Source of the DNA: Endomicrobiales bacterium
Lineage (GTDB): Bacteria > Elusimicrobiota > Endomicrobiia > Endomicrobiales > JALOBY01
Reading direction: 5' to 3'
DNA: 64,000 nt
Assembly (NCBI GenBank): GCA_963796955.1
Contig: CAWCNJ010000006.1
Coordinates: 102,691 to 166,690 of the forward strand
The translations under genes were made by a program, and so were the position numbers. Below, one piece after another: positions 1 through 8,100 of this stretch; position 1 is the first letter of the stretch; the number at the start of each line of letters is the position of its first letter. The notes under the pieces were generated by a model, which saw only the letters and a program-made list of their open reading frames with translations, was not told where the DNA came from and did not search any database.

Positions 1-2
1 TG

Positions 3-1097
3 TTCGGCAACCCCGACATACTGCTGCTGGACGAACCGACGAACAACCTGGACGTTGAGACGGTAGAGTGGCTTGAGGACTTTTTGTATGATTTTAAGAA
101 CACCGTCATAGTAGTCTCGCATGACCGCCACTTCCTGGATAAAGTTTGCACGCATATCGCCGACATAGATTTCGGCAAGATAACGCTGTTTACCGGCAAC
201 TTCAGCTTCTGGAAAGAGGCGAGCCAGCTGGTGCTGAACCAGAAAAAAGATTATAACCGCAAGATGGAAGCGAAAGTTGATGAGCTGAAAGAATTCATTG
301 CGCGGTTTTCCGCGAACCTTTCGAAATCGCGGCAGGCGACCTCACGTCGGAACCTGCTGGAGAAGATCACCCTTGAAGATATCAAGCCTTCCAGCCGCAA
401 GTACCCTTTTGTCGGTTTCAAACCGGACCGCGAAGCGGGCGACCAGATCCTTTCGGTAACCGATCTTTCTAAAAAAGAATTGTTCAGCAACCTGTCATTT
501 ACCGTCAACAAAGGAGACAAGATAGCCCTGGTGGGCCGCAACCGCCTTGCCATCACGGCGCTGATGCAGCTGCTGGCCTGTGAAGAACAGGCGGATTCGG
601 GTGAGATCAAGTGGGGCAGTACCATAACCAAATCCTATTTCCCTAAGGATAACACGAAATATTTTGAATCGAACGACAACCTGGTGGACTGGCTGCGGCA
701 ATATTCAAAAGAAAAAGATGAAGGTTTCATTCGAGGTTATCTGGGCCGAATGCTGTTTTCCGGCGAGGAAACGCAGAAAAAGTGCAATGTGCTTTCCGGC
801 GGCGAGAAAGTGCGCTGTATGCTTTCCCGCATGATGCTGAGCGGAGCCAATTTTCTTATTTTCGACGAGCCGACGAACCACCTGGACCTTGAATCCATTA
901 CCGCCCTTAACGACGGCGTCGCCGAATTCAAAGGGACGGCACTATTCTCCTCGCACGACCATCAATTCGTTCAGACCATTGCCAACCGTATCATAGAGAT
1001 CGGGCCCGACGGTATGCTGGACAAGAACGTTACCTACGACGAATTTTTACACGACGAACGCACCAAACAGCAGCGTGCCCAACTATATGGCGAGTAA
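3..1097 (+). CDS. ABC-F family soluble ATPase (two nucleotide-binding domains, no TM segments); 5' end outside the window
   Basis: Frame 3 is open from nt 3; the ORF track starts at internal ATG 84. Translation from nt 3 shows FGNPDILLLDEPTNNLD (Walker B of NBD1), VVSHDRHFLD (H-loop) and a charged inter-domain linker. NBD2 has the LSGGEKVR signature, LIFDEPTNHLD Walker B and SSHDHQF H-loop. The NBD2 Walker A reads GRNRLAIT (degenerate). Confidence 0.85.
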   Translation, partial: FGNPDILLLDEPTNNLDVETVEWLEDFLYDFKNTVIVVSHDRHFLDKVCTHIADIDFGKITLFTGNFSFWKEASQLVLNQKKDYNRKMEAKVDELKEFIARFSANLSKSRQATSRRNLLEKITLEDIKPSSRKYPFVGFKPDREAGDQILSVTDLSKKELFSNLSFTVNKGDKIALVGRNRLAITALMQLLACEEQADSGEIKWGSTITKSYFPKDNTKYFESNDNLVDWLRQYSKEKDEGFIRGYLGRMLFSGEETQKKCNVLSGGEKVRCMLSRMMLSGANFLIFDEPTNHLDLESITALNDGVAEFKGTALFSSHDHQFVQTIANRIIEIGPDGMLDKNVTYDEFLHDERTKQQRAQLYGE

Positions 1098-1112
1098 TAG
1101 GAGGCAGCGAAG

Positions 1113-1484
1113 ATGCCGAAAGTTATTCTTGTGGCCGATGACGACGAAAATATCCGTACTTCAATAAAGGATATTTTGGAGCTGGAAGGTTACACCGTCT
1201 ATGAGGCTGATAACGGAATTAAAACGCTGGCTCTCTACGAGCAGGTGAACCCCGACCTGATGGTGCTGGATATCATGATGCCGGAAATGGACGGTGCTTC
1301 CCTTTCGTTTGAGTTGAACAGCAGGTTTTCCGCCAAGAAAGTACCGATCATTTTTATTTCGGGCATGGTCGCCAAGGATGTTAAAAAAGCGGATTCCTGG
1401 CCGGCAAACACGGTGTATCTGCCGAAGCCGTTCGCGGTCCACGAACTTTTGGCGCTGGTGAAAAAAAGTCTGGGCGAAAATTAA
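1113..1484 (+). CDS. stand-alone response-regulator receiver domain protein (CheY-like)
   Basis: 123 aa. AGGAGG (1099-1104) lies 8 nt upstream of the ATG. It has an acidic pocket VADDDE, a phospho-acceptor context MVLDIMMPEMDG, and conserved FISG and LPKPF (Lys) motifs. There is no output domain. Confidence 0.85.
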   Translation: MPKVILVADDDENIRTSIKDILELEGYTVYEADNGIKTLALYEQVNPDLMVLDIMMPEMDGASLSFELNSRFSAKKVPIIFISGMVAKDVKKADSWPANTVYLPKPFAVHELLALVKKSLGEN

Positions 1485-1548
1485 TTTTAATTTTCCGTCG
1501 GGGAAATGGAAGATCGAAAAATAGTATTCTAATTACGCTAAAAAACTC

Positions 1549-1580
1549 TTGAATTCTATTTACGTTTGTGTCATACTAAT
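1549..1580 (+). promoter_or_regulatory. candidate sigma70-like promoter for a short transcript
   Basis: TTGAAT at 1549-1554 is followed 17-20 nt later by CATACT/ACTAAT (1572-1580). Each -10 candidate matches only 4 of 6 positions. Confidence 0.3.
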
Positions 1581-1584
1581 GACA

Positions 1585-1661
1585 GATGAAAACACGATGC
1601 TTCGTCTACGAAATCGATCTTATTTAAAATCACGCTGCGAAAGCAGGCCGTGATTTTTTTT
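1585..1661 (+). ncRNA. candidate ~75-nt small RNA or leader transcript ending at an intrinsic terminator
   Basis: The interval lies between the candidate promoter (1549-1580) and the terminator (1629-1661). It contains only a 13-codon ORF (1586-1627, MKTRCFVYEIDLI) with no SD. I recognise no RNA family. Confidence 0.3.
1629..1661 (+). terminator. rho-independent terminator
   Basis: ATCACG (1629-1634) pairs with CGTGAT (1649-1654). Inner CTGC (1635-1638) pairs with GCAG (1643-1646) around a GAAA tetraloop, with a 2-nt bulge. A run of 8 T follows (1654-1661). Confidence 0.65.
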
Positions 1662-1702
1662 GTTTCATGCCGTTCATCTTAACAAAAAGGGGTGATACAG
1701 AA

Positions 1703-1768
1703 ATGGCAGCCAAGAAAAAAGTAGCCAAGAAAGCCGTAAAGAAAGTAGCAAAAAAGAAAAAGAAATAA
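1703..1768 (+). CDS. candidate 21-aa lysine-rich micro-ORF (MAAKKKVAKKAVKKVAKKKKK)
   Basis: ATG 1703 is preceded by AAGGGGTGA (1687-1695); the stop TAA is at 1766-1768. The product is a highly basic AKK-type repeat. It is too short for compositional or homology support. Confidence 0.3.
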   Translation: MAAKKKVAKKAVKKVAKKKKK

Positions 1769-1895
1769 CTTTTTCTGTTCCATGGGGGCGTTTCTATAGC
1801 CTGATGCAGCATTATAATTTTTCCGCTGCATGCCGATCGCCGTTAGACTTTTCAGGCGAATAGAAATGCCCCTCTAGTCATTGCCGCGCTAAATA

Positions 1896-1904
1896 TGCTA
1901 TAAT
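1896..1904 (+). promoter_or_regulatory. candidate extended -10 promoter element upstream of typA
   Basis: TGCTATAAT: TG at 1896-1897 and TATAAT at 1899-1904. No good -35 at proper spacing (TTGCCG at 1881-1886 is only 12 nt away). Confidence 0.35.
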
Positions 1905-1911
1905 CTTGCAA

Positions 1912-1951
1912 CCTTCACCCAGTAAGTACGGGTGGGGGATTATTTATTTTA
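1912..1951 (+). promoter_or_regulatory. 5'-leader hairpin plus U-rich tract (attenuator or 5' stabiliser) in front of typA
   Basis: CCTTCACCC (1912-1920) pairs with GGGTGGGGG (1930-1938): 9 bp including 2 G-U pairs, with a 9-nt loop. ATTATTTATTTTA follows (1939-1951). The structure sits between the -10 element and the typA SD (AGGAG 1953-1957). Confidence 0.4.
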
Positions 1952-1963
1952 TAGGAGCAACCA

Positions 1964-3769
1964 TTGAAGACCATGCAAAAGAACGAAAAGATCCGTAACA
2001 TCGCCGTTATAGCCCACGTTGACCACGGCAAAACCACCCTGGTGGATTTTATGCTTCGCCAGAGCGGTACATTTCGCGAAAATCAGGATGTTAACGACCG
2101 CGTAATGGACAATATGGATCTGGAAAAAGAGCGAGGTATCACTATTGCCGCGAAGAACTGCGCGATCTGGCATAAGGGCGTTCGCATAAATATCCTTGAT
2201 ACACCGGGCCATGCCGATTTCGGCGGAGAAGTTGAACGCAGCCTTAAAATGGTTGATGGTGTTATCCTGCTTGTTGATTCTTCCGAGGGCCCGTTGCCTC
2301 AGACGCGTTTTGTGCTGCGCAAGGCGCTGGAAGGCGGCTTGAAAGTTATAGTTGTCGTCAATAAAATAGACCGCAAAGATGCCCGCCCCAAAGAAGTGCT
2401 GGATGAAGTTTATTCTTTGTTCATGGACCTGGACGCCAAAGACGATCAGATAGAATTCCCGATCCTTTACGCTATAGGAAGGGAAGGCATCGCGCAGAAG
2501 ACTTTGGAAGAAAAAGGCGTTAACCTGCAGCCGTTGTTCGATTGTATCGTCGATGAAATTCCTGCCCCGACTTTTGACCCTGCCGAGCCCTTTCAGATGC
2601 TGGTTTGCGACCTGGATTATTCGGATTATGTTGGCCGTCTTGCGATCGGACGCGTATTTAACGGCTCCATTAAAATGGGCCAGGACCTGGTTTGCGTCGG
2701 CGAAGACAACCAGGTGGTGCCCTTGCGCGTAACAAAATTACAGGCTTACGACGGTGTAAGTATCCGGGAAGTAGAATCTGTCTCCGCCGGCGACATCACC
2801 ATTATTGCCGGGATAGAAAATGTGCGCATAGGCGATACCGTTTGTACAAAAGAATCTCCAAAGCCGCTTAAGCGCATAAAAGTTGATGAACCGACATTGT
2901 CTATGATATTCACGATAAATTCTTCGCCGCTATCGGGCAAAGAAGGCAAATTTGTTCAGTCCAAAAAGATCGGCGAACGCCTGCAACGCGAAACCTTGCA
3001 GAACGTAGCCATTGTTGTTGAGCCTATGGCTGACTCTGATAAGTTCATGGTCAAGGGCAGGGGCGAATTCCAGATGGAAATTCTGCTGGAGACCATGCGC
3101 CGGGAAGGTTTTGAACTGAGCGTAGGCCGCCCGAAAGTGATTTTCAAACAGATAAACGGCGCCAACTGCGAACCTATTGAACATCTGTTCGTTGACTGCG
3201 ATGAAACTTTCATAGGTGTAATAACCGAGAAGCTTTCTCGTCGGAAAGGCCGCATGACGAACCTTATAAACCACGGCACCGGCCGCGTACGCATGGAGTT
3301 TTCCATACCCAGCCGTGGCTTGATCGGTTATCGCAGCGAGTTTCTCACCGATACACGCGGCACCGGCATAATGAATTCATATTTAAGCGGCTATGAAGAA
3401 TTCCGCGGCGAATTCATTACCCGCCAGAACGGCTCGCTGGTCTCAGACCGCGCGGGTAATGGCGTCGCCTATGCGATATTCAACTTGGAGCCCAGAGGCA
3501 TAATGTTCGTGGTGCCCGGTGACCCTGTTTATGAAGGCATGATAGTGGGCGAGCACAACCGCGAGAACAACCTGAACGTTAACCCCACAAAAGAAAAGAA
3601 ACTCACCAACATGCGAGCGGCGGGAAGCGATGATAATGTGCTGCTTACCCCGGTACAGCCGATGTCCCTTGAACGCGCTATAATGTTCATAAAAGATGAC
3701 GAGATGGTAGAGATCACTCCCAAATCCATCCGCCTGCGCAAAATGAAGCTTTCGATACATGATCGGTAA
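1964..3769 (+). CDS. typA: translational GTPase TypA/BipA
   Basis: 601 aa. G1 is [10 protein letters not shown]3 is [15 protein letters not shown]4 is VVNKIDR. It has an EF-G-like domain order and a BipA-type C-terminus ([13 protein letters not shown]...). TTG 1964 lies 6 nt after AGGAG; an in-frame ATG at 1973 is an alternative start. Confidence 0.93.
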   Translation: MKTMQKNEKIRNIAVIAHVDHGKTTLVDFMLRQSGTFRENQDVNDRVMDNMDLEKERGITIAAKNCAIWHKGVRINILDTPGHADFGGEVERSLKMVDGVILLVDSSEGPLPQTRFVLRKALEGGLKVIVVVNKIDRKDARPKEVLDEVYSLFMDLDAKDDQIEFPILYAIGREGIAQKTLEEKGVNLQPLFDCIVDEIPAPTFDPAEPFQMLVCDLDYSDYVGRLAIGRVFNGSIKMGQDLVCVGEDNQVVPLRVTKLQAYDGVSIREVESVSAGDITIIAGIENVRIGDTVCTKESPKPLKRIKVDEPTLSMIFTINSSPLSGKEGKFVQSKKIGERLQRETLQNVAIVVEPMADSDKFMVKGRGEFQMEILLETMRREGFELSVGRPKVIFKQINGANCEPIEHLFVDCDETFIGVITEKLSRRKGRMTNLINHGTGRVRMEFSIPSRGLIGYRSEFLTDTRGTGIMNSYLSGYEEFRGEFITRQNGSLVSDRAGNGVAYAIFNLEPRGIMFVVPGDPVYEGMIVGEHNRENNLNVNPTKEKKLTNMRAAGSDDNVLLTPVQPMSLERAIMFIKDDEMVEITPKSIRLRKMKLSIHDR

Positions 3770-3770
3770 G
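3734..3770 (+). repeat. direct repeat, left copy (the functional typA 3' end)
   Basis: CTGCGCAAAATGAAGCTTTCgATACAtGAtCGGTAaG matches 4974-5010 at 33 of 37 nt. All four mismatches are at third codon positions or in the stop codon. Confidence 0.85.
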
Positions 3771-3797
3771 GGAAATAACATTGTATGTAATATGGAG

Positions 3798-3826
3798 TTG
3801 ACAACATCCAAATATACATGTAAAAT
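3798..3826 (+). promoter_or_regulatory. near-consensus promoter of ATPase gene 1, geometry implies a leaderless mRNA
   Basis: TTGACA (3798-3803), a 17-nt spacer, then TAAAAT (3821-3826). The A of ATG 3833 is the 7th nt after the -10 hexamer. There is no usable SD. Confidence 0.55.
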
Positions 3827-3832
3827 GGAAGT

Positions 3833-4972
3833 ATGTATTCCAGAATAATTAAACCACCGACGGATAAAAGCTTCTTTTTGTTCGGGCCGAGAGGCACGGG
3901 TAAGACAACGTGGGTAAAGTCTTGCTTCCCTGATGCGTTGTACATTGACCTTCTTGAGGCCGAAATGTATAACGATCTTCTGGCAAACCCGCAACGGCTT
4001 GAAAACTTTATTCCCAAAGAGTCTAAGAATTGGGTGATAATTGATGAAATACAGCGCGTGCCGGAATTGCTAAATGAAGTACACCGGCTGATCGAAAAAT
4101 ACAAGTACAAATTTATACTAACCGGATCGAGCGCACGCAAACTGAGAAAAAAAGGAAATAATCTGTTGGGAGGGCGCGCTCTCTCGTACTCAATGTATCC
4201 ATTGGCTGCCGTCGAACTTGGAAAAGATTTTGTTTTGGCAAGCTCGCTGAAATATGGGTTCTTACCAAGCGTCTATCTTGAAAAAGAACCGAAGGCGTAT
4301 CTTGAAAGTTATGTGAAGACGTATTTGGATGAGGAAATACGCCACGAAGGGTTGACTAGAAATTTAGGCGCATTCGCAAGATTTTTAGAAGCCGCCAGCT
4401 TTTCACAGGGATCAATATTAAGCGTATCCGCTATCGCTCGGGAGTGTGCGGTAGAAAGAAAAGTTGTTGAAAACTATTTTTCCATCCTTGAAGACCTTCT
4501 TATCGCCTACAAATTGCCTGTTTTTACCAAAAAAGCCAAAAGGCGTATGGTTTCTCATCCAAAATTCTATTTTTTCGACGTAGGTGTATACAGGACACTA
4601 CGGCCCATGGGACCATTAGACAGGCCGGAAGAAGTTGAAGGCATTGCACTTGAGACAGTACTGTACCAGCAATTGATCGCGGTTAACGAATCTCTGCGAT
4701 TGGGCTATTCAATTTACTACTGGCGGACGGCCAACAACATGGAAGTCGATTTTGTTTTGTATGGCGAAAAGGGAATAATGGCGTTTGAGATCAAAAGAAC
4801 CGGTAAAGTTTCGGGCTCAATGCTTTCAGGTTTAAAAGCATTTTTGAAAGACTATCCGATGGCAAAAGCATATTTTGTATATGGCGGAGATAGGTACATG
4901 AGGGATGGCAATATAGAAATAGTGCCGGTTAACGATATGATAAAAAAGCTGCCATCTGTCCTGCAGCAATAA
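3833..4972 (+). CDS. AAA ATPase of the COG1373 / AAA_14 + DUF4143 type with a C-terminal PD-(D/E)xK-like motif
   Basis: 379 aa. Walker A is GPRGTGKTT and Walker B is VIIDEIQ. Helical DUF4143-like middle region. The C-terminus carries EVDFVLYGEKGIMAFEIK (D..E.K nuclease-like motif). Confidence 0.8.
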   Translation: MYSRIIKPPTDKSFFLFGPRGTGKTTWVKSCFPDALYIDLLEAEMYNDLLANPQRLENFIPKESKNWVIIDEIQRVPELLNEVHRLIEKYKYKFILTGSSARKLRKKGNNLLGGRALSYSMYPLAAVELGKDFVLASSLKYGFLPSVYLEKEPKAYLESYVKTYLDEEIRHEGLTRNLGAFARFLEAASFSQGSILSVSAIARECAVERKVVENYFSILEDLLIAYKLPVFTKKAKRRMVSHPKFYFFDVGVYRTLRPMGPLDRPEEVEGIALETVLYQQLIAVNESLRLGYSIYYWRTANNMEVDFVLYGEKGIMAFEIKRTGKVSGSMLSGLKAFLKDYPMAKAYFVYGGDRYMRDGNIEIVPVNDMIKKLPSVLQQ

Positions 4973-4973
4973 G

Positions 4974-5010
4974 CTGCGCAAAATGAAGCTTTCCATACAC
5001 GACCGGTAGG
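4974..5010 (+). repeat. direct repeat, right copy (orphan typA 3' end, still encodes [11 protein letters not shown])
   Basis: CTGCGCAAAATGAAGCTTTCcATACAcGAcCGGTAgG begins 2 nt after the ATPase stop. It translates to the same 11 aa plus stop as the typA terminus (tcg/tcc, cat/cac, gat/gac, taa/tag). Confidence 0.85.
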
Positions 5011-5040
5011 CTTGAAAGGATTTTCCAGAATAAAAACAAA

Positions 5041-5076
5041 AAAACACACACTTGGAATAATTGGTGTGTGTTTTTT
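5041..5076 (+). terminator. rho-independent terminator (ACACAC hairpin), copy 1
   Basis: CACACAC (5045-5051) pairs with GTGTGTG (5064-5070). The stem is extended by A/T pairs, the loop is 12 nt (TTGGAATAATTG), and TTTTTT follows (5071-5076). It is homologous to 41893-41930. Confidence 0.7.
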
Positions 5077-5088
5077 GTTGCTTTTTTA

Positions 5089-5117
5089 TTGAAAATTCAG
5101 TAAGATTTTGTGTTGCC
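5089..5117 (+). promoter_or_regulatory. conserved upstream box, copy 1 (candidate regulator-binding site)
   Basis: TTGAAAATTCAGTAAGATTTTGTGTTGCC versus TTGAAAATTCAGTAATATTTGTTGTTACC at 41942-41970. The first 15 nt are identical. The box starts 61-62 nt upstream of the -35 hexamer in both copies. Confidence 0.5.
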
Positions 5118-5149
5118 AGCCTGAAAATACTGCAAAACGCATAAAAGAA

Positions 5150-5177
5150 TTGATATTTATAGTATTTAACATATAAT
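5150..5177 (+). promoter_or_regulatory. candidate promoter of giant gene A
   Basis: TTGATA (5150-5155), a 16-nt spacer, then TATAAT (5172-5177). The same hexamers and spacing occur upstream of gene B (42004-42031). Confidence 0.55.
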
Positions 5178-5189
5178 TTATAGTGACGA

Positions 5190-8100
5190 ATGAGCGTAAC
5201 ATTGCTCCGATTCACGTTTTTTTTATTTTGCATGGGACCTGCAATGCTCGGCCGCTCGATCTCGCGAATCGTACCATTCAAAAGCGCCATGGCCGCGATT
5301 ATTTTTGCGGTTATCGCGCTGTTGTTTTTTTCAATAGTTTCCAACGCGGCCCCAAACGCTCCCAGTAACCTGACGCAGTGCAGTTCCACCGGCCTTAGCC
5401 TTTCGTCGTTTACCTGGACCAATTCCACGCTTATCACCTCATCCTTCACGCTGACAACTGCGAGCGTTCACTATCGTATTCAGGTATCAACGGTCACTGA
5501 TGCAAACGGGGCGGCTGTTTGGAATAAAGGCTTATTCGTGGATGCTACCTCGGCGGCGTTGCTGCCTGCGGGCACTACCTGGTACGCCTGGACACCGGCC
5601 ATTCCAGCTTTCTATTGGTGGCGTGTCTCCTGTTTCGACGGTTCGAATGTGTATTCCTCAACAACTTCGGTTTTGCAAAGCGGTGGCCCGGCGGTGGTTG
5701 CCTGGAATACGCCCTTCGACCCGAAGTACCGGGAACCCATGCCGGGTGACGGTATCGGCGGCGGCGGCTCCAGTCTTGCCTGGGGCGACTTCGACGGCGA
5801 CGGGTATCAGGATCTTGCCATACTTGGCAACAGCAATAGCAGCGGTGACATAACCAAAGTGTTTCCCGGCAAGAGCGACGGTACATTCAACGCGGCGGTA
5901 ACCTTGCCTTCGGGGCAAACGTTCAGCTCTGGCGGTGTGGCCTGGGGAGATTTTAACAACGACGGTTTGCTTGACCTGGCCATTGCCGGCAAGAATAGTA
6001 CTACGGGTAATGGCTCAGTGCGCGTGTACCGAAATACCGGAGGCGCCTTCAGCGCCACATTTGTGTCGCCGGAAACCGTGGGATACAGCTTCTCCAATCT
6101 GGCCTGGGGCGACTATGACAATGACGGCTGCCTCAACCTGGTCGTAGCGGGGTGGACCGATAGCTATGCAATCGTGTCGCGGGTATATCACAATAATGGC
6201 AATGCCGGGTTCACCGTCGCCTACAATAATAACTTTGGAGTCGCCTCTACTGATGTCGGTTCTTGTGCCCCCTCGCTTCAGTGGCTGGATGTTGAAAATG
6301 ATGGCGATCTGGATCTCGCGATGGCCGGCAACGCGGGCGGCACCTACAGTATGTCAATATACCGCAACCAGAACAGTACCTTTGCGTTCGGCTCGGCCCC
6401 GGTCTTCGAATACGACCCTGTCTCCGCCGCCGCCTGGGGCGATTTTAACAACGACGGTTTTATGGATTTCGCGGGCGTTGACTCTAATTCCCGGGTAGCT
6501 GTTTTCCTCAACACCGGTAATTTCACCTTCAATACCGTGTCTCCCATTGTACTGACATCCACTATCAACAATTTCACGAACGTCGCCGCGGGTGACGTTG
6601 ATAATGACGGCCTCTCGGACGTATTTGTCGCCGGCAGCACCGGCACGGCATTGTATTACAATCGTAATGGAAGTTTTGTAAATCAACCCACCTTTCCATT
6701 CTGGCCGCTGTATGGTGACGAAAGTATTGCCCTTGCCGATTATAACGCCGATGGCGCCCTGGATGCCGCCTTTGCCGGCGGCGATCTTTTCAGTGCCGAC
6801 TACCTCAGGGTTTTTAACGGCAAGCAGGCGAATGCCGCGCCGGTGCCGCCAACTATTTCCACGGTGACATTTAGCTATAGCGCTACCCGAAGCACATTTA
6901 CCGTTGCCTGGGCCCCGGGATATTACGACGTAGGCCATTCTTCCAACTCGGTTTATTACAATGTGGAAGTCGCCACATACCCTACTACGCTGCAATCGGA
7001 TAATAAACGTGTCGTAAATTCAAACAAGTTCGTGGAGTCCTGGGATTTCGGCAGCCCGAACCTTGGCAGTTACATCCGTCCCGCGGTTTCCACCAACTGG
7101 GCCGGTGTTAAAGGTACCCAGATGGTTGGTTATACGATCGCACCTTCAACAAGTAATTATCTGCTGAACGCCACAACATTCTATTTCCGCGTGCAAACCA
7201 TCGATTCAGGCCTAATGCGCAGCGTCTGGTCGTCGGAATATGCCTGCATCGCCAGTTCCTATGTCGTTTTTACTAATCATGCTCCTGACGCACCCGCGAA
7301 CCTCGTCCAACTGGACGGCTCGTTTGTTTCACTCTCGTCTTTCAGCTGGACGAATTCCGGTACGATAATATCATCGTTTACGCTTACCGACCAGGATGCC
7401 GGCACTCAGGTGAAATACCATTTACAGATCACTACCGTCTCAGACTCCGGCCTTGCCACCTGGACCAGTGGTTACTTCCTGAATTATACGTCACCGTTGT
7501 TGAACCAGGGAACCACTACGTATACCTGGCCGGCATTAGCTGCGAATAAATTTTACTGGTGGCAGGTGTGGACGGAAGACGCAGGCGGTTTAGCTTCAAC
7601 ATCAACCTCAACTTCACTGTTAAGCGGCGGCCCGGCGGCGCTGGCGTATAAAACGGTGTATGATCCGAACGCAATGGATGTGCTGCCCGGCTGGGGTGTT
7701 GGTTACACTAAAACGGAACTGGCCTGGGGCGATATGGATAACGACGGCTACGCGGACCTGGCCATTGCGGGCGATGGTGAATTCAGAGTATTCAAAAACA
7801 ACAAAGACGGAACAATGGATCCCAACTCTATAGCGGTCGACCCTGCCTTGGGTGGCCTTAATACTGTTTCCGTTAAATGGGGGGATTTTAACAACGACGG
7901 TAAGCTGGACCTGGTAGAAATGGGTGGTTGGTGGTATGGGACTGGATACAATTTACGTGTGTATTATAACAACGGCGCGGGCGGCTTTGATCCAAACTAT
8001 GAAGAACCGGTACCCGATTGGGGGCTTGAAGGCGGCTGCGTGGCGCCGGGAGATTATGACAATGATGGAAATCTTGATATCGCTGTTATGGGATACGACG

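Noticed and set aside
1586-1627. 13-codon ORF MKTRCFVYEIDLI as an attenuation leader peptide
   Set aside because: It has no SD and no run of regulatory codons, and I could see no alternative antiterminator pairing. It is kept only as part of the small-transcript candidate.
1630-1812. 60-aa minus-strand ORF (MLHQAIETPPWNRKSYFFFFFATFF...)
   Set aside because: It is the antisense shadow of the AAG/AAA-rich micro-ORF, which explains the poly-Phe. It spans a terminator hairpin and has no SD or motif.
3770-5010. Calling the ATPase cassettes bona fide mobile elements (IS, transposon, integron cassette)
   Set aside because: There is no transposase, integrase or recombinase, no terminal inverted repeats, and no attC-like structure recognisable by eye. 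Only the insertion footprint is reported.
3443-5449. Minus-strand ORFs 3443..3994, 3529..4140, 4832..5449 and 4852..5049, and plus-strand ORF 5183..5368
   Set aside because: They overlap well-supported plus-strand genes (typA, ATPase-1, the gene A start) or the terminator/promoter region. Their translations are featureless.
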